Origin: a virus | Reading direction: 5' to 3' (one strand) | DNA length: 64,000 bases | Virus record (IMG/VR): IMGVR_UViG_3300032046_000014 | Location: 1-64,000 of that record | In this document: positions 1 to 9,690 of the stretch, one piece after another | Layout: every line of letters starts with the position of its first letter | How positions within the stretch are numbered: the stretch's first letter is position 1 | Notes under the pieces: generated by a model | Seen by the model: the letters and a program-made list of their open reading frames with translations, nothing else | The model's database searches: none | What the model was told of the DNA's origin: nothing | Made by a program: the position numbers and the translations under genes

Positions 1-19
1 TTAGATACAGGTTGTTGAA

Positions 20-862
20 ATGAATCGTACTAAGAACACCATTGGTTGGTGTGATTTTTCGTGGAACCCAGTGACCGGATGTAAGCATGGATGTTTCTAT
101 TGTTATGCTGCGAAGATTGCCAAGCGGTTCCCGAACATTTTTCCCAATGGGTTCGAACCCACGTTTCACCCGGAGCGTTTGGATGAGCCGTGGAAGTTGA
201 AGAAGCCCAGCAAGATCTTCGTATGCAGCAACGCGGACCTGTTTGCTTCCTGGACGCCTGACGAATGGCGTGACGCAGTCTTGCAAACTATCTTCGACTG
301 CCCAGTCCAACATATCTTTCAACTGTTAACAAAGTTTCCAAGGAGAATCCCGCATCTGAAGTTTCCAGATAATGTGTGGGTTGGCACGACAGTTACAGGT
401 GAAGATTCTGATGAAGTCTATAGAATTAATTATCTGAAAGAAGTTCGAGCTGAGATTCGTTTCGTGAGTTTTGAGCCGCTGCTTGGGCCTATAGATTTTG
501 CTAAGGCTAGCCTAAACGGCATTCAATGGATCATTGTTGGCAGACTGACAGGCAGTAGACGTATAAAATTGCAGTGGAAATGGGTTGAAGATATTCTAAA
601 AGAAGTAGACATGTACAAGACATATCCCGTACGTGTCTTCCTTAAGAATAATTTGTTCATCTCGTCTATTCCAGAATGTTGTGAACCGCGTCAGGAGTTT
701 CCACAGATGCAAACTATGAATTGCCCAAAATGTGGAGCAAAAGGATGGCGTGTGAAACTTATTGAAGAAATATGTAAAGATAAAAAACCACGCTATTCAT
801 GCCCAAACTTTCTTAAGGGCACTTGCAATGTTGAATATTTCGATGAGGATGGAGCCTTCTAA
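20..862 (+). CDS. DUF5131 / phage Gp37-Gp68 family radical-SAM-like protein with C-terminal Zn ribbon
   Basis: N-terminal IGWCDFSWNPVTGCxxGCxYCYA, FVCSxADLF, FQLLTK, RFVSFEPLLG and WIIVG motifs. Confidence 0.85.
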   Translation: MNRTKNTIGWCDFSWNPVTGCKHGCFYCYAAKIAKRFPNIFPNGFEPTFHPERLDEPWKLKKPSKIFVCSNADLFASWTPDEWRDAVLQTIFDCPVQHIFQLLTKFPRRIPHLKFPDNVWVGTTVTGEDSDEVYRINYLKEVRAEIRFVSFEPLLGPIDFAKASLNGIQWIIVGRLTGSRRIKLQWKWVEDILKEVDMYKTYPVRVFLKNNLFISSIPECCEPRQEFPQMQTMNCPKCGAKGWRVKLIEEICKDKKPRYSCPNFLKGTCNVEYFDEDGAF

Positions 863-1082
863 TGAACATATCTATAGTCATTCGCCTCTCCGAAGAGGAG
901 GAAGAACAATAAGCAAAACATATAGTCCTCACATCGTTGTTGTCTGGACATCAGATACAACTGTTGTTGTCAAAGAATACCCCTATCAAGAAGACGCTGA
1001 AGAAAAATATGAAGAACTCATACAAGTCCATGTCCAGAAAATTACCTTGGCTAAGGTCGTAAAAAAACACGGAGAAGGTTGA
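843..1082 (+). CDS. hypothetical protein
   Basis: in-frame ATG within ORF 762..1082; tightly packed in operon; start uncertain. Confidence 0.5.
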   Translation: MRMEPSNEHIYSHSPLRRGGRTISKTYSPHIVVVWTSDTTVVVKEYPYQEDAEEKYEELIQVHVQKITLAKVVKKHGEG

Positions 1083-1088
1083 TTCAAA

Positions 1089-1328
1089 ATGTATAGGGCA
1101 AGATGGCAGATCTGGGAAGACATTCTGGCAGCCACAACTAAAGGCGCCAGAAAGACCGAGATCATGTACCATGCCAGCGTCAACGGAGACCAAAACAAAC
1201 GATATCTAAGAGAGCTCATCAAACTTAGATGTATAGTCTGCCGGGGAACCAGATTCAAGGCTACTGGGAAGGGCAAGAGGCTCATGAATTTAGTCAGAGA
1301 ATTGCAGCAGCTGGCTCCAGGTGTATGA
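1089..1328 (+). CDS. archaeal winged-helix transcriptional regulator (HTH_45-like)
   Basis: RxRxxIxxDIL...GARKTEIMY...RYLxEL pattern. Confidence 0.75.
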   Translation: MYRARWQIWEDILAATTKGARKTEIMYHASVNGDQNKRYLRELIKLRCIVCRGTRFKATGKGKRLMNLVRELQQLAPGV

Positions 1329-1331
1329 ACA

Positions 1332-1568
1332 TTGTCAATGATGACGAAACGTCGCCATAGACGACGCGAAAAAATCTTGAACATGATTAAACAGTTGCCG
1401 GAAACATGGACACCATTTTCAGCGATAGCCCAGATGCTCGGCTTAGATCAATATCGTGCCACTAGCTTTTTGAAAATAGCCAAAAGAGAAGGACTCGTAG
1501 AACATAGGTATGGTTCTTGGTCACATAAAACTTATTCTCGAATTAACTATTGGAGAAGAATCAGATGA
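1332..1568 (+). CDS. HTH DNA-binding protein
   Basis: IAQMLGL...FLKIAKREGLVE wHTH-like pattern. Confidence 0.55.
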   Translation: MSMMTKRRHRRREKILNMIKQLPETWTPFSAIAQMLGLDQYRATSFLKIAKREGLVEHRYGSWSHKTYSRINYWRRIR

Positions 1569-2131
1569 AGATTCTCACGTACGGATGTCTCCGCTGTGGC
1601 TGGTGCTGTACACATCTGCTTGCGCGCACAGACTTGGGGCTCCTCGGCCTATATCTCCAGGAGAATGAGCGACGTCTCTTTCCGGAGGAACATGTTTTTC
1701 CGATGTATGGCTGTGGAGAAGCAAAAGGCGTAAGCCGGCCGAGACCTCCGAGAATTTTCGCTTGGCAGCTGGCATTGAATGTCTGTCCGCATTATCAACC
1801 TGCTTCCGCTTCCTGTGCATATTACAGTCAACGGCCGAACATTTGCAGAGGCTTCCCCTTTGATATACTCATGGCCAGTGCAAGCTGCACCTTCATCAAA
1901 CGATATGCCCCATCAGATGAACCATACACGATTGACCCGAGCACAAGACAAGTGGAAATCAACGCTAACAAACTGCATCTGCTCTATGTCAGCCAGTTCA
2001 AGCCGTTAGAGCCCTTATGGATATGGCCGCTTGACAAACACTGCTGGATCAAGAGAACAGAAAAAGATAAGAAAAGACTCATCAGCGGTGTTCCGCGTCT
2101 GCAAGAACTCTTGGAGACCAACAGAAAATGA
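1565..2131 (+). CDS. YkgJ-family (CxxCxxCC) Fe/Zn-cluster protein
   Basis: CLRCGWCC...CPHY...CAYYSQRPNICRGFPF; ATGA overlap with upstream stop. Confidence 0.8.
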   Translation: MKILTYGCLRCGWCCTHLLARTDLGLLGLYLQENERRLFPEEHVFPMYGCGEAKGVSRPRPPRIFAWQLALNVCPHYQPASASCAYYSQRPNICRGFPFDILMASASCTFIKRYAPSDEPYTIDPSTRQVEINANKLHLLYVSQFKPLEPLWIWPLDKHCWIKRTEKDKKRLISGVPRLQELLETNRK

Positions 2132-2316
2132 CTTCTCAAAGAAGAGGCCCCAAATACTTTTGCACAAAATATCAGCGAACGCTCACATCTAAGGATCTGC
2201 AGCTGCATCATTGTTTGCACAAACCTAGAAAGAACAAGAATAGACGGACAAGAAAACTCAATTATTTCCGTTGCCGCTGTCTCCAACAACTGCCACCGGA
2301 GACTCGAACATCATGA
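2128..2316 (+). CDS. small basic Cys-containing protein
   Basis: ATGA overlaps at both ends. Confidence 0.5.
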   Translation: MTSQRRGPKYFCTKYQRTLTSKDLQLHHCLHKPRKNKNRRTRKLNYFRCRCLQQLPPETRTS

Positions 2317-2522
2317 ACAGTCTTGACCAGTTTTTTGGTACTACAGCTGTAGAACAGCGATGTTCAAATCCTAAATGCAGAAAAATATTGGGAGGCAAAG
2401 AGGCCATATACACACTTAGAACCAAAAATCAAGACAGCAGTCTTCCCTACTGCGGAGAATGCGCAAGAGCCCTACTGCCCAAAAGCCAAAAACAGATAAC
2501 AGAAACGGAGGAACAACCATGA
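2313..2522 (+). CDS. Zn-finger protein
   Basis: CSNPKC...YCGEC; ATGA overlaps. Confidence 0.6.
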   Translation: MNSLDQFFGTTAVEQRCSNPKCRKILGGKEAIYTLRTKNQDSSLPYCGECARALLPKSQKQITETEEQP

Positions 2523-2752
2523 CAAAAAAGAAGAAAATCATCACAATGATTTGCCCCAGCTGTGGAGAACATTTCAGTCCAGAACCAAAAATCGTGATAA
2601 ACCCAAAAACCGGCGAGAGTCATATGGAACATCATCTGCCCAAACAATGCAAGTATTGCAGCACGAATCTAGTGCGTTCCGTTGTCAAAGTGAAATCAGA
2701 GAAGAAAGTGTTGGAGGTGAAACGAAGATGGAAAAGCAACCAAAAATCGTGA
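2519..2752 (+). CDS. Zn-ribbon protein
   Basis: CPSC...CKYC; ATGA overlap. Confidence 0.6.
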   Translation: MTKKKKIITMICPSCGEHFSPEPKIVINPKTGESHMEHHLPKQCKYCSTNLVRSVVKVKSEKKVLEVKRRWKSNQKS

Positions 2753-3423
2753 AACTCGCAATCGGCAAAGGCCATACTCTTCCTCAAGGAAAAGAAGCTT
2801 GGGAAAGAAGCTACTATGAAATCACGGTCGAGACTACAGAGGAAAACATTCAGGCTACAAAGGATTGGGCAGAAACATTGATAGATGCCTGGCTGAAACC
2901 TACACCTGCAACAGTTACACCTGCAGCGACCAAGCAAACAACAGACCCTTCTAAGAGTCTGCTTGATAAAATCAAGGAAGCAACCCCGGCCCATATCGCA
3001 GAAAACCTGTCGTTTGAATTGAAAGATAAGTATGTAATTCTACGTGGAAAAAAGATGTTGCCATCCGAAGATTTCCGGCAACTCCTAGACATAGTCAAGT
3101 CTCTGGGCGGTGAGTACATCAGCGCTGGATCCAACAGCCACTTCAAAATCTCTGCAGACATCTTTGCGAAAGAACCATCAGTCGGAGATTTAGACCCGGA
3201 CAAACTGGCTAAGCTTCCATGGCGCATATATAAAGGCGAAGGCTCAGCAGGAGAAGGAGAAGCAGGATGGATCTTCAGCAATGCCAAAGGAGCAGAATCG
3301 TTAGCAGCAGTCATCAGAGACCACGGCAAAGATACACCTGTAACAATCGGCCACGTAATCTATGAATGCAAATTCTCTGGAGAAGCAGACCGTTTTATAA
3401 GCCGAGCTCCTCAGAAGAAATAA
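2728..3423 (+). CDS. hypothetical protein
   Basis: GGAGGTGA RBS upstream of ATG 2728; long ORF. Confidence 0.65.
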   Translation: MEKQPKIVKLAIGKGHTLPQGKEAWERSYYEITVETTEENIQATKDWAETLIDAWLKPTPATVTPAATKQTTDPSKSLLDKIKEATPAHIAENLSFELKDKYVILRGKKMLPSEDFRQLLDIVKSLGGEYISAGSNSHFKISADIFAKEPSVGDLDPDKLAKLPWRIYKGEGSAGEGEAGWIFSNAKGAESLAAVIRDHGKDTPVTIGHVIYECKFSGEADRFISRAPQKK

Positions 3424-3443
3424 GCTAGAGATAATGAAGAACA

Positions 3444-3980
3444 ATGAGCCGGAAAGTTGATGAGCAAAAACTGTCTGCGCATCCAACATGGTCCTTCAAC
3501 ACGATCAATCAACAGCAGCCCTGGTCCGACAAAACAAAAACAGAAAGAAAAGGATATCATCATTACCAGAAATGCAAGGCAATAGCGAATTATAAGCTCC
3601 TCAAGAACCAAGTTGAAGGATTCACCATAAACTTCTGCTGCGGGCTAGACACGACGGGCGATGTGAAAGTAGACGTTGACCTCAAAACGTTGAAGCAGAA
3701 CAAACGCGGCTCGCTCACCAATTCAGACTTCGTACTAGCGGATATCCGTCATCTACCATTCATTCCATTATGCTGCGATACGTTGCTCTCGGACCCGCCC
3801 TTCAAGCTTTACGCCCGGTTCAAATGGATTCTTGAATTGAAGGATTTGGCGCGGAAGAAAGTAATCATTTCACATCCATGCACCAATCTTAAATTGCATG
3901 GGTTCACAAGAGAGCTTTATTTCATCAATTCCAAATCCATCTTTCTCCGTCTGTGGTGGGTGTACACGAGAGAAAGCTGA
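3444..3980 (+). CDS. minimal amino-(N6A/N4C)-type DNA methyltransferase-like protein
   Basis: NFCCG motif I, ADIRHLP, DTLLSDPPF motif IV. Confidence 0.6.
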   Translation: MSRKVDEQKLSAHPTWSFNTINQQQPWSDKTKTERKGYHHYQKCKAIANYKLLKNQVEGFTINFCCGLDTTGDVKVDVDLKTLKQNKRGSLTNSDFVLADIRHLPFIPLCCDTLLSDPPFKLYARFKWILELKDLARKKVIISHPCTNLKLHGFTRELYFINSKSIFLRLWWVYTRES

Positions 3981-4066
3981 CGCATGCTTCGAAAGTCGAT
4001 ATAATTTTGTGCTCGCAATAACGCCTTTTACGCGGGGCTGACCATAGTTATTTTATTTAAACGGAG

Positions 4067-4564
4067 GTGATTGATATGAAATATAAAACTTTCATCGTAA
4101 TCCTAGCAATACTTTGCATAGCAATCCCTTCAATGTATATAGTATACGTGGCTGCGACAAGTTATCTCTCAGCGCTAGTCCACGCACATGGAGTTCTCTA
4201 TGTTGGAGCAGTGACTTCAATGAGCGTGCCAGTTAGCTTTGACTTTGGAACGATAGACCCAAGAGTAACAACGACTATTTCCAAATCCCTCACTGTGACT
4301 AACACAGGAAACATCGCATTCAACATAACGGTCATTGCACCTATTATAGGAACAATGACACCAGCATGGTTACGAACATACGCACTCACACCCGTTGCCA
4401 TAATACCAATTCTAGTACCAGCACAGAGTTCGAGTCAAGTGACATTGACTCTGTCATTCGCATCCGGAACCATATATCAATACATGGGAGCCAACAGACT
4501 CATAGGAACATCCATTGACGTTGACATAGACTTTGCGATTGTTACCGATGGCATTGTACAATAA
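4067..4564 (+). CDS. membrane-anchored/secreted Ig-like protein
   Basis: N-terminal hydrophobic helix; FDFGTI...LTVTNTGN beta-sandwich pattern; TTTAAA and GGAGGTG upstream. Confidence 0.6.
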   Translation: MIDMKYKTFIVILAILCIAIPSMYIVYVAATSYLSALVHAHGVLYVGAVTSMSVPVSFDFGTIDPRVTTTISKSLTVTNTGNIAFNITVIAPIIGTMTPAWLRTYALTPVAIIPILVPAQSSSQVTLTLSFASGTIYQYMGANRLIGTSIDVDIDFAIVTDGIVQ

Positions 4565-4609
4565 AACAACAACCACCAAAAATTTAATTTCCTTTCTTTT
4601 TAGCTAAGT

Positions 4610-4939
4610 TTAGGGCAAGCGCGCGCGTTGCTTCTTTTCATTCTGCATCTTCTGGATAGTCCAGCCTTGATAGGCTACAGCTGCAGCAACAGCGGCCACG
4701 TTCATTGAATAGGCCACGTATTCCAGGAACAGTGTGATGTTGTAGGCTTCTCCGACTGTGGTTTTCCAGATCCAACATTCGAAAGGATCGTCGGCAAAAC
4801 GTCCGTTTGGATGGCAGAAGCCCGGCCCCCATACTGCGCTGACAGCAGTCAAGTCATGTTGCCATATGCCGAAGTAGAATATTGATGTGGCAACTACTTC
4901 CCAGAGAAGAAGAATAGCATAGAAAGTTCTAGTCTTCAA
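4610..4939 (-). CDS. membrane protein
   Basis: two hydrophobic segments. Confidence 0.5.
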   Translation of the reverse strand: MKTRTFYAILLLWEVVATSIFYFGIWQHDLTAVSAVWGPGFCHPNGRFADDPFECWIWKTTVGEAYNITLFLEYVAYSMNVAAVAAAVAYQGWTIQKMQNEKKQRARLP

Positions 4940-5322
4940 GTTTTCTGCCTCTTCTTCTTAAGATGTATTTCGCCTTTGATAGAGAAAAAGCAATGCCGCT
5001 GTCCAACTTTTTCTTTGAACAGAGCATCCATTCGGAAAAGCTGATTTAGATATGAAGATTCTACAGCTCGTGCTTTTTTCGTGACTGCTGCGACTTGACC
5101 TGCTGTAGCTCTGCCAAGCTTGAAGATAGCTTGCCATGTTCTCTGAAGATGTGATGGTAAGGACAGAACAAATATAGTCAGATCGTCTGGGGTAAATCTG
5201 GGAATAGTTCGATGGAGTTCAATGAGGGTACGAACTTGAAAACGGAGCCTTTTTATTTCAGCTTGAAGGGCACTGATGGATTTCTGGAGAGTACGAAGAT
5301 ATGCTAGGCTTTGCCGATCCAT
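4936..5322 (-). CDS. coiled-coil + wHTH transcriptional regulator
   Basis: LPSHLQRT...ATAGQVAAVTKKARAVESSYLNQL HTH. Confidence 0.75.
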   Translation of the reverse strand: MDRQSLAYLRTLQKSISALQAEIKRLRFQVRTLIELHRTIPRFTPDDLTIFVLSLPSHLQRTWQAIFKLGRATAGQVAAVTKKARAVESSYLNQLFRMDALFKEKVGQRHCFFSIKGEIHLKKKRQKT

Positions 5323-5685
5323 CTATGAAGTGGCTCCAGTTGGTTGGGGTCCCAGCGGCGGTTCCTGGCGCCATTTTTTGTCTCGAGCAGCTTTCAGCGC
5401 TGCGATGATTGCGTCTATGGTTATGGCTTTTTTGAGGAAGTCAGATCCTTCTTGCAGTTCCTGGATGAGGCTTTCAACACTTCTTATGTTGATTTCTACA
5501 TCCGGCCCGGTGACTGCTACAATGTATTCTTTATCTAGTCCTTTCGCTTTGAGACCTTCACCAAGTTGAACCGCGATAGCATCACATTCTGGACCTGTAA
5601 CGGAAGCGCCTGTATCAAGAACTTTTATGTGTAGGATTCGCATGTCCTTTTTGAAGGTGCCGGTCTTTTCATCCCGGACGCTCAT
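5323..5685 (-). CDS. hypothetical protein
   Basis: ORF abutting neighbours in a minus-strand operon. Confidence 0.6.
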   Translation of the reverse strand: MSVRDEKTGTFKKDMRILHIKVLDTGASVTGPECDAIAVQLGEGLKAKGLDKEYIVAVTGPDVEINIRSVESLIQELQEGSDFLKKAITIDAIIAALKAARDKKWRQEPPLGPQPTGATS

Positions 5686-6023
5686 TCTTTCTTCAGCTCT
5701 CCCAGAAAGGCTTTAAGCAATCTGCCCCACGCAAGATTCAATTGTTGCCTGACATGTAGACTTTCCTTCTTCCAGTCTGTGAGCTTCATGCTGGAAACGG
5801 TGTAGCCACCTGTTGCTCGCTTCTTGATTATGACGAGCCCTATCTCATCTTCCTGGAGGCTGAGCGCATTCGCAACTTGTTCCACGGGAATCTTCTTTTC
5901 TACAGGTGCAGCCTCCGGTTCATAGAAATCTTTCTTGGGAAAGAGATCATCGCTTCCCACAGTTCCAGGAGTGCTCATGGATGGACCTCTCTCGGGGAAG
6001 ATTCTCTGTTCTTCAGCTTCCAT
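5682..6023 (-). CDS. hypothetical protein (start may be 5978)
   Basis: ATGA overlaps in operon. Confidence 0.55.
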   Translation of the reverse strand: MEAEEQRIFPERGPSMSTPGTVGSDDLFPKKDFYEPEAAPVEKKIPVEQVANALSLQEDEIGLVIIKKRATGGYTVSSMKLTDWKKESLHVRQQLNLAWGRLLKAFLGELKKE

Positions 6024-6295
6024 TTGAAATCTGCGATTTTCTCCGTAAGAATCGTCGTAAGCTCCAAGCTTTTCTGAAGTGTTTGATGGAGATCAAATCT
6101 TAAATTAGAATCTTTCTTGACAGGTTTCATTGTTTCAGTTAGTGTACCTGTTGGGCTGCTCAGACTTTCGTCTAAGATATGATGTAACTCGTTGATTCCG
6201 GCAAGTGCGTCTTGAAGTTTCGATTTCAAGATTATACTTGCGTCTCGTGAGTCTTCTAAGGTTGGTTGTCGATCGGCCTTTGGTTGTTCAGTCAA
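5975..6295 (-). CDS. hypothetical coiled-coil protein
   Basis: overlapping start and stop with neighbours. Confidence 0.55.
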   Translation of the reverse strand: MTEQPKADRQPTLEDSRDASIILKSKLQDALAGINELHHILDESLSSPTGTLTETMKPVKKDSNLRFDLHQTLQKSLELTTILTEKIADFKWKLKNRESSPREVHP

Positions 6296-6486
6296 GTTTG
6301 CTGCATCTCCTTTTCCATCGTGATGAGTATTGCCATCACAGTTTCGAGTGTGCCTTCGCCTTTATCTTCGATCTTCCTGGAGGCTGGTTGAATGTTGGCT
6401 AGAATCCATCCTTGCTTACCCATTTCTTTGAGGTAAGCTTCAACTCCATCTCCACCTATGACTTTGAAGTTATAGTCTTTGACCAT
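6292..6486 (-). CDS. small hypothetical protein (DUF4177-like)
   Basis: EAYLKEMGKQGWIL motif; TAATG junction. Confidence 0.55.
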   Translation of the reverse strand: MVKDYNFKVIGGDGVEAYLKEMGKQGWILANIQPASRKIEDKGEGTLETVMAILITMEKEMQQT

Positions 6487-6683
6487 TATTTTTGTTCTCC
6501 TTGCCCGTTCTCTCTCCAGTTCCACAGGTCCTTCTGGCACCGGCTGCACTTCTTCGGCTTTTCCACACGCGAGCGATATTTGTAGCTGCAATGGCTGCAG
6601 GTGATGTATCGGACAGTCTGGAGTTTGCCAGCCTTGTTCGTGACCTGTTCCAGAGTCACTGTGAAATAGAGTTGCTCGGGCAT
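6486..6683 (-). CDS. Zn-ribbon protein
   Basis: CSHC...PKKCSRC; TTTAAAG TATA-like element upstream. Confidence 0.6.
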   Translation of the reverse strand: MPEQLYFTVTLEQVTNKAGKLQTVRYITCSHCSYKYRSRVEKPKKCSRCQKDLWNWRENGQGEQK

Positions 6684-6731
6684 GCTTCACTACTACAACA
6701 ATATAGATTAATAAGCTTTAAACGCGTGCGC

Positions 6732-7025
6732 TTAAACTACAGATTTTAATGTGAAGCTGCCAGACGAATTGTCCGGGTCCCCATCAAAGTAGCCGGTGAA
6801 AATGAAATAGTACGTGCCTTCCGCAAGCCCAGCGGTTCGATACTTGTATTGGTAGGTGCCTGCAGCAGTCTTAGTGGCGATGAGATCCGTTTGTATGACT
6901 CGGCCTCGAGCATCCTGGATCTTGGCACGTACAGGCGGGCTCGCATCAGCATCTATAGGATTATCATTCTTGTCATAGTAGATGGTCTGGAGAATGATTG
7001 TTGTTCCAAGCACATAATCTGTCAT
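6732..7025 (-). CDS. Ig-like virion accessory protein
   Basis: GTYQYKY...GTYYFIFTG Ig-fold pattern. Confidence 0.6.
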   Translation of the reverse strand: MTDYVLGTTIILQTIYYDKNDNPIDADASPPVRAKIQDARGRVIQTDLIATKTAAGTYQYKYRTAGLAEGTYYFIFTGYFDGDPDNSSGSFTLKSVV

Positions 7026-7026
7026 A

Positions 7027-9690
7027 TCATCTTTCCTTCGTGCTGACTACGCCGGTAATGAGGGCACCTGTTACTCCAAGCGTAGATAGTTCTGTATATT
7101 TGAGTCTTTTCACACAGCTGAAACTGCTCGAGAGATCTTTCCAGGTTTGATACACGTAGAACTTTTCAGAAAGGTCAGCTGAACCTATCTTGCGTATGAT
7201 GAAGCTGGACTGTAATTCATTGCTGGCCGAAACCCTCAGTGTGAATGAGCAGGACAAGTTACGGCTGCCAATCTTTGTAATAGTGATGCTTGCGGACAGG
7301 TTGATACTACTACTCTTTTCAACAGTGAGACTGCTGGACAGGTCCTTCGAGGCCGACTTTCGCATTGTAACGCTGCAACTTTGAAGAGCACTGCTGGCTT
7401 TGCGTATAATCACATTACAGGATAGCCATGTGGATGCTGTCTTGCGAAGAGTAAAGCTGGACGATAATGCTCTAGCTGCAGTTCTCTGTATGGCAAAGGA
7501 TGAGGAAACATCTGCAGCTGTAGTTTTCCGAACGGTGAAACTCGCGGCAATCGCAGTTGAAGTAGTCTTTCTAACTGTAAAAGAACTTGTCAGATCGCGG
7601 GAAGCTGCTTTCCTGACTGTGAACGAAGATGCAAGCTGAGTATATGTTATTTTGCGCAGAGTGATTGAAGTTGCTAGGTCTTTGACTGCTGTCTTTCGAA
7701 CAGTGAAGCTGGCTGATACTGGTTTGCTGTTGGCCTTTCTGATAGTAATCGAACTGGACAGATTTGTGGATGTTGATTTGCGAATTGTAATTGAAGAAGA
7801 AAGCTTCTTTGATAGGATAACATGTAGACTAGCTGAAAGAGCAGCGGCACCTGTCTTCCTGATTGTGAAAGATGATGACAGATAGCCGACGCTTGGAAAC
7901 ATCACATAGAAGGATGATGATAGATCTCTAGTTGCAGCCTTTCTGACTGTAACGCTGGAACTAAGGGCTTTAGACCCTGATTTTCGGATAGTGACTGATG
8001 AGGACAGTATTCTGGATGATACATTCCTAACTGTGACTGAGCACGATAATGCTTTGGACGCGACTTTGCGCACGCTGAAGGATGAGGATAACGCCTTAGA
8101 GGTTGCCTTTCTAACGACCATGCTGCTTGACAGGGCTTTCGAAGAAGCCTTCCGGACTGTGACACTGGAGCTGAGTATTTTGGAAGACGATTTGCATATG
8201 ATGAATGAGCTGCTTAAAACTGTAGAACTCTTATTCCGTACAGCAAACTCTTCTGACAGATCCTTAGAGCCTATGTTGCGGACGGTGATACTGCATGATA
8301 ATTGTTTAGAAGCGGCTTTTCTGATTGTGAAGCTGGAACTCAATAGTTTGGAAGAACCCTTCTGTATAATGACGGATGAACTAAGAGCTTTAGACCCGAG
8401 ATTTCTAATCGTGATGCTACACGATAGCGGTTTCGAGCTGGCCTTGCATATGGTGAAAGAGGAACTCAAAGCTTTGATTGCGGATTTGCGTACCGTGAAG
8501 GACTGGGTAGATGATGCTTTGGAGGCTGCCTTGCGCACAATCACGGAAGAAGACAGAGCCTTTGATGATTCCCTGCGTATGGTGAAGCTGGACGAAAGCG
8601 GGTTTGTTGCAGATTTGCGAATTGTGAATGAGCCTGAAGCTGCTTTAGATCCTATATTTCTGACAGTGATTGAGGCTGACAGCGTCTTAGAACTGGCCTT
8701 TCGGATTGTGAATGAGGACAAGATTATGTTGCTGGCTGACTTTCTACAGATGAAGCTACATGACAATGCTTTAGACGTGGACTTCCGGATGGTGAATGAA
8801 CTGCTCAGGTTTTGAGAGGCTGATTTTCTAAGAGTGACAGAGGAGGTCAGCGCATTGCTTGCCGATTTTCTTATGGTGAAGTTAGATTGCAGAATTACTG
8901 AAGCAGCTTTTCGAATCGTGAAGCTGGCCCGCAACTTAGCGGAAAGAGTAACATGGAACGACGAGGACAAGTCTTTAGAAGCTGCTTTGCATATCGTGAA
9001 GGAACTGGAGAGCGTTTTGGAACTGCTCTTCCGGACGGTAATGGAGGACGAAACTGTCTTGGTCGCAGTCTTTCTGATTGTAAAACTGGAATTGATTATT
9101 TGAGAGTCTGACTTCTGAATAGTGATTGATGAAGACAGTGTTTTGGAAGATGCTTTGCGAATTATGAAGCTGGATGACAGGGCTTTTGAACTGCTTTTGC
9201 GAATGGTAAAACTGGAACTCAGCGCTTTTGAAGCAGACTTCCTAATTGTCCAAGAGGAAGACAGGGGGTTGGAAGCAGCTTTCCTACAGGTGAAGCTGCT
9301 GGAGAGAGCCTTGCTGCTAGATTTGCGAATTGTAAAGGAGCTGGAGAGCGCTTCAGAAGCTGCCTTTCGAATAGTGAAGCTGGATGATAACGATTTTGAA
9401 GAAGCTTTCCGAATGGTGAGGCTTGAAGATAATGGCTTGGCTGCTATTTTCCGTATGGTGAAACTACTTGACAGTTTACGTGAGAGTGAAACATGAACGG
9501 ACGATGATAGGTCTTTTGAATTTGCCTTACGAATAATCAGATTGGTGGAAAGATCTGCACTGCCAAATTTGCGGATCGTAACACTGCTGGCTAATGATTG
9601 AGCAGCGGTTCTTCTAATTGCAAAGCTAGAGGATAATTGCTTATAGGCTTTTGGTACAAGAGCAAGGCTCTGCGCAATAATAAGAGGCAC
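7027..9690 (-). CDS. 887-aa Ser/Lys/Arg-rich 14-aa tandem repeat protein (putative virion fibre)
   Basis: about 60 units of the type SKALSSSFTIRKSS. Confidence 0.8.
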   Translation of the reverse strand: MPLIIAQSLALVPKAYKQLSSSFAIRRTAAQSLASSVTIRKFGSADLSTNLIIRKANSKDLSSSVHVSLSRKLSSSFTIRKIAAKPLSSSLTIRKASSKSLSSSFTIRKAASEALSSSFTIRKSSSKALSSSFTCRKAASNPLSSSWTIRKSASKALSSSFTIRKSSSKALSSSFIIRKASSKTLSSSITIQKSDSQIINSSFTIRKTATKTVSSSITVRKSSSKTLSSSFTICKAASKDLSSSFHVTLSAKLRASFTIRKAASVILQSNFTIRKSASNALTSSVTLRKSASQNLSSSFTIRKSTSKALSCSFICRKSASNIILSSFTIRKASSKTLSASITVRNIGSKAASGSFTIRKSATNPLSSSFTIRRESSKALSSSVIVRKAASKASSTQSFTVRKSAIKALSSSFTICKASSKPLSCSITIRNLGSKALSSSVIIQKGSSKLLSSSFTIRKAASKQLSCSITVRNIGSKDLSEEFAVRNKSSTVLSSSFIICKSSSKILSSSVTVRKASSKALSSSMVVRKATSKALSSSFSVRKVASKALSCSVTVRNVSSRILSSSVTIRKSGSKALSSSVTVRKAATRDLSSSFYVMFPSVGYLSSSFTIRKTGAAALSASLHVILSKKLSSSITIRKSTSTNLSSSITIRKANSKPVSASFTVRKTAVKDLATSITLRKITYTQLASSFTVRKAASRDLTSSFTVRKTTSTAIAASFTVRKTTAADVSSSFAIQRTAARALSSSFTLRKTASTWLSCNVIIRKASSALQSCSVTMRKSASKDLSSSLTVEKSSSINLSASITITKIGSRNLSCSFTLRVSASNELQSSFIIRKIGSADLSEKFYVYQTWKDLSSSFSCVKRLKYTELSTLGVTGALITGVVSTKER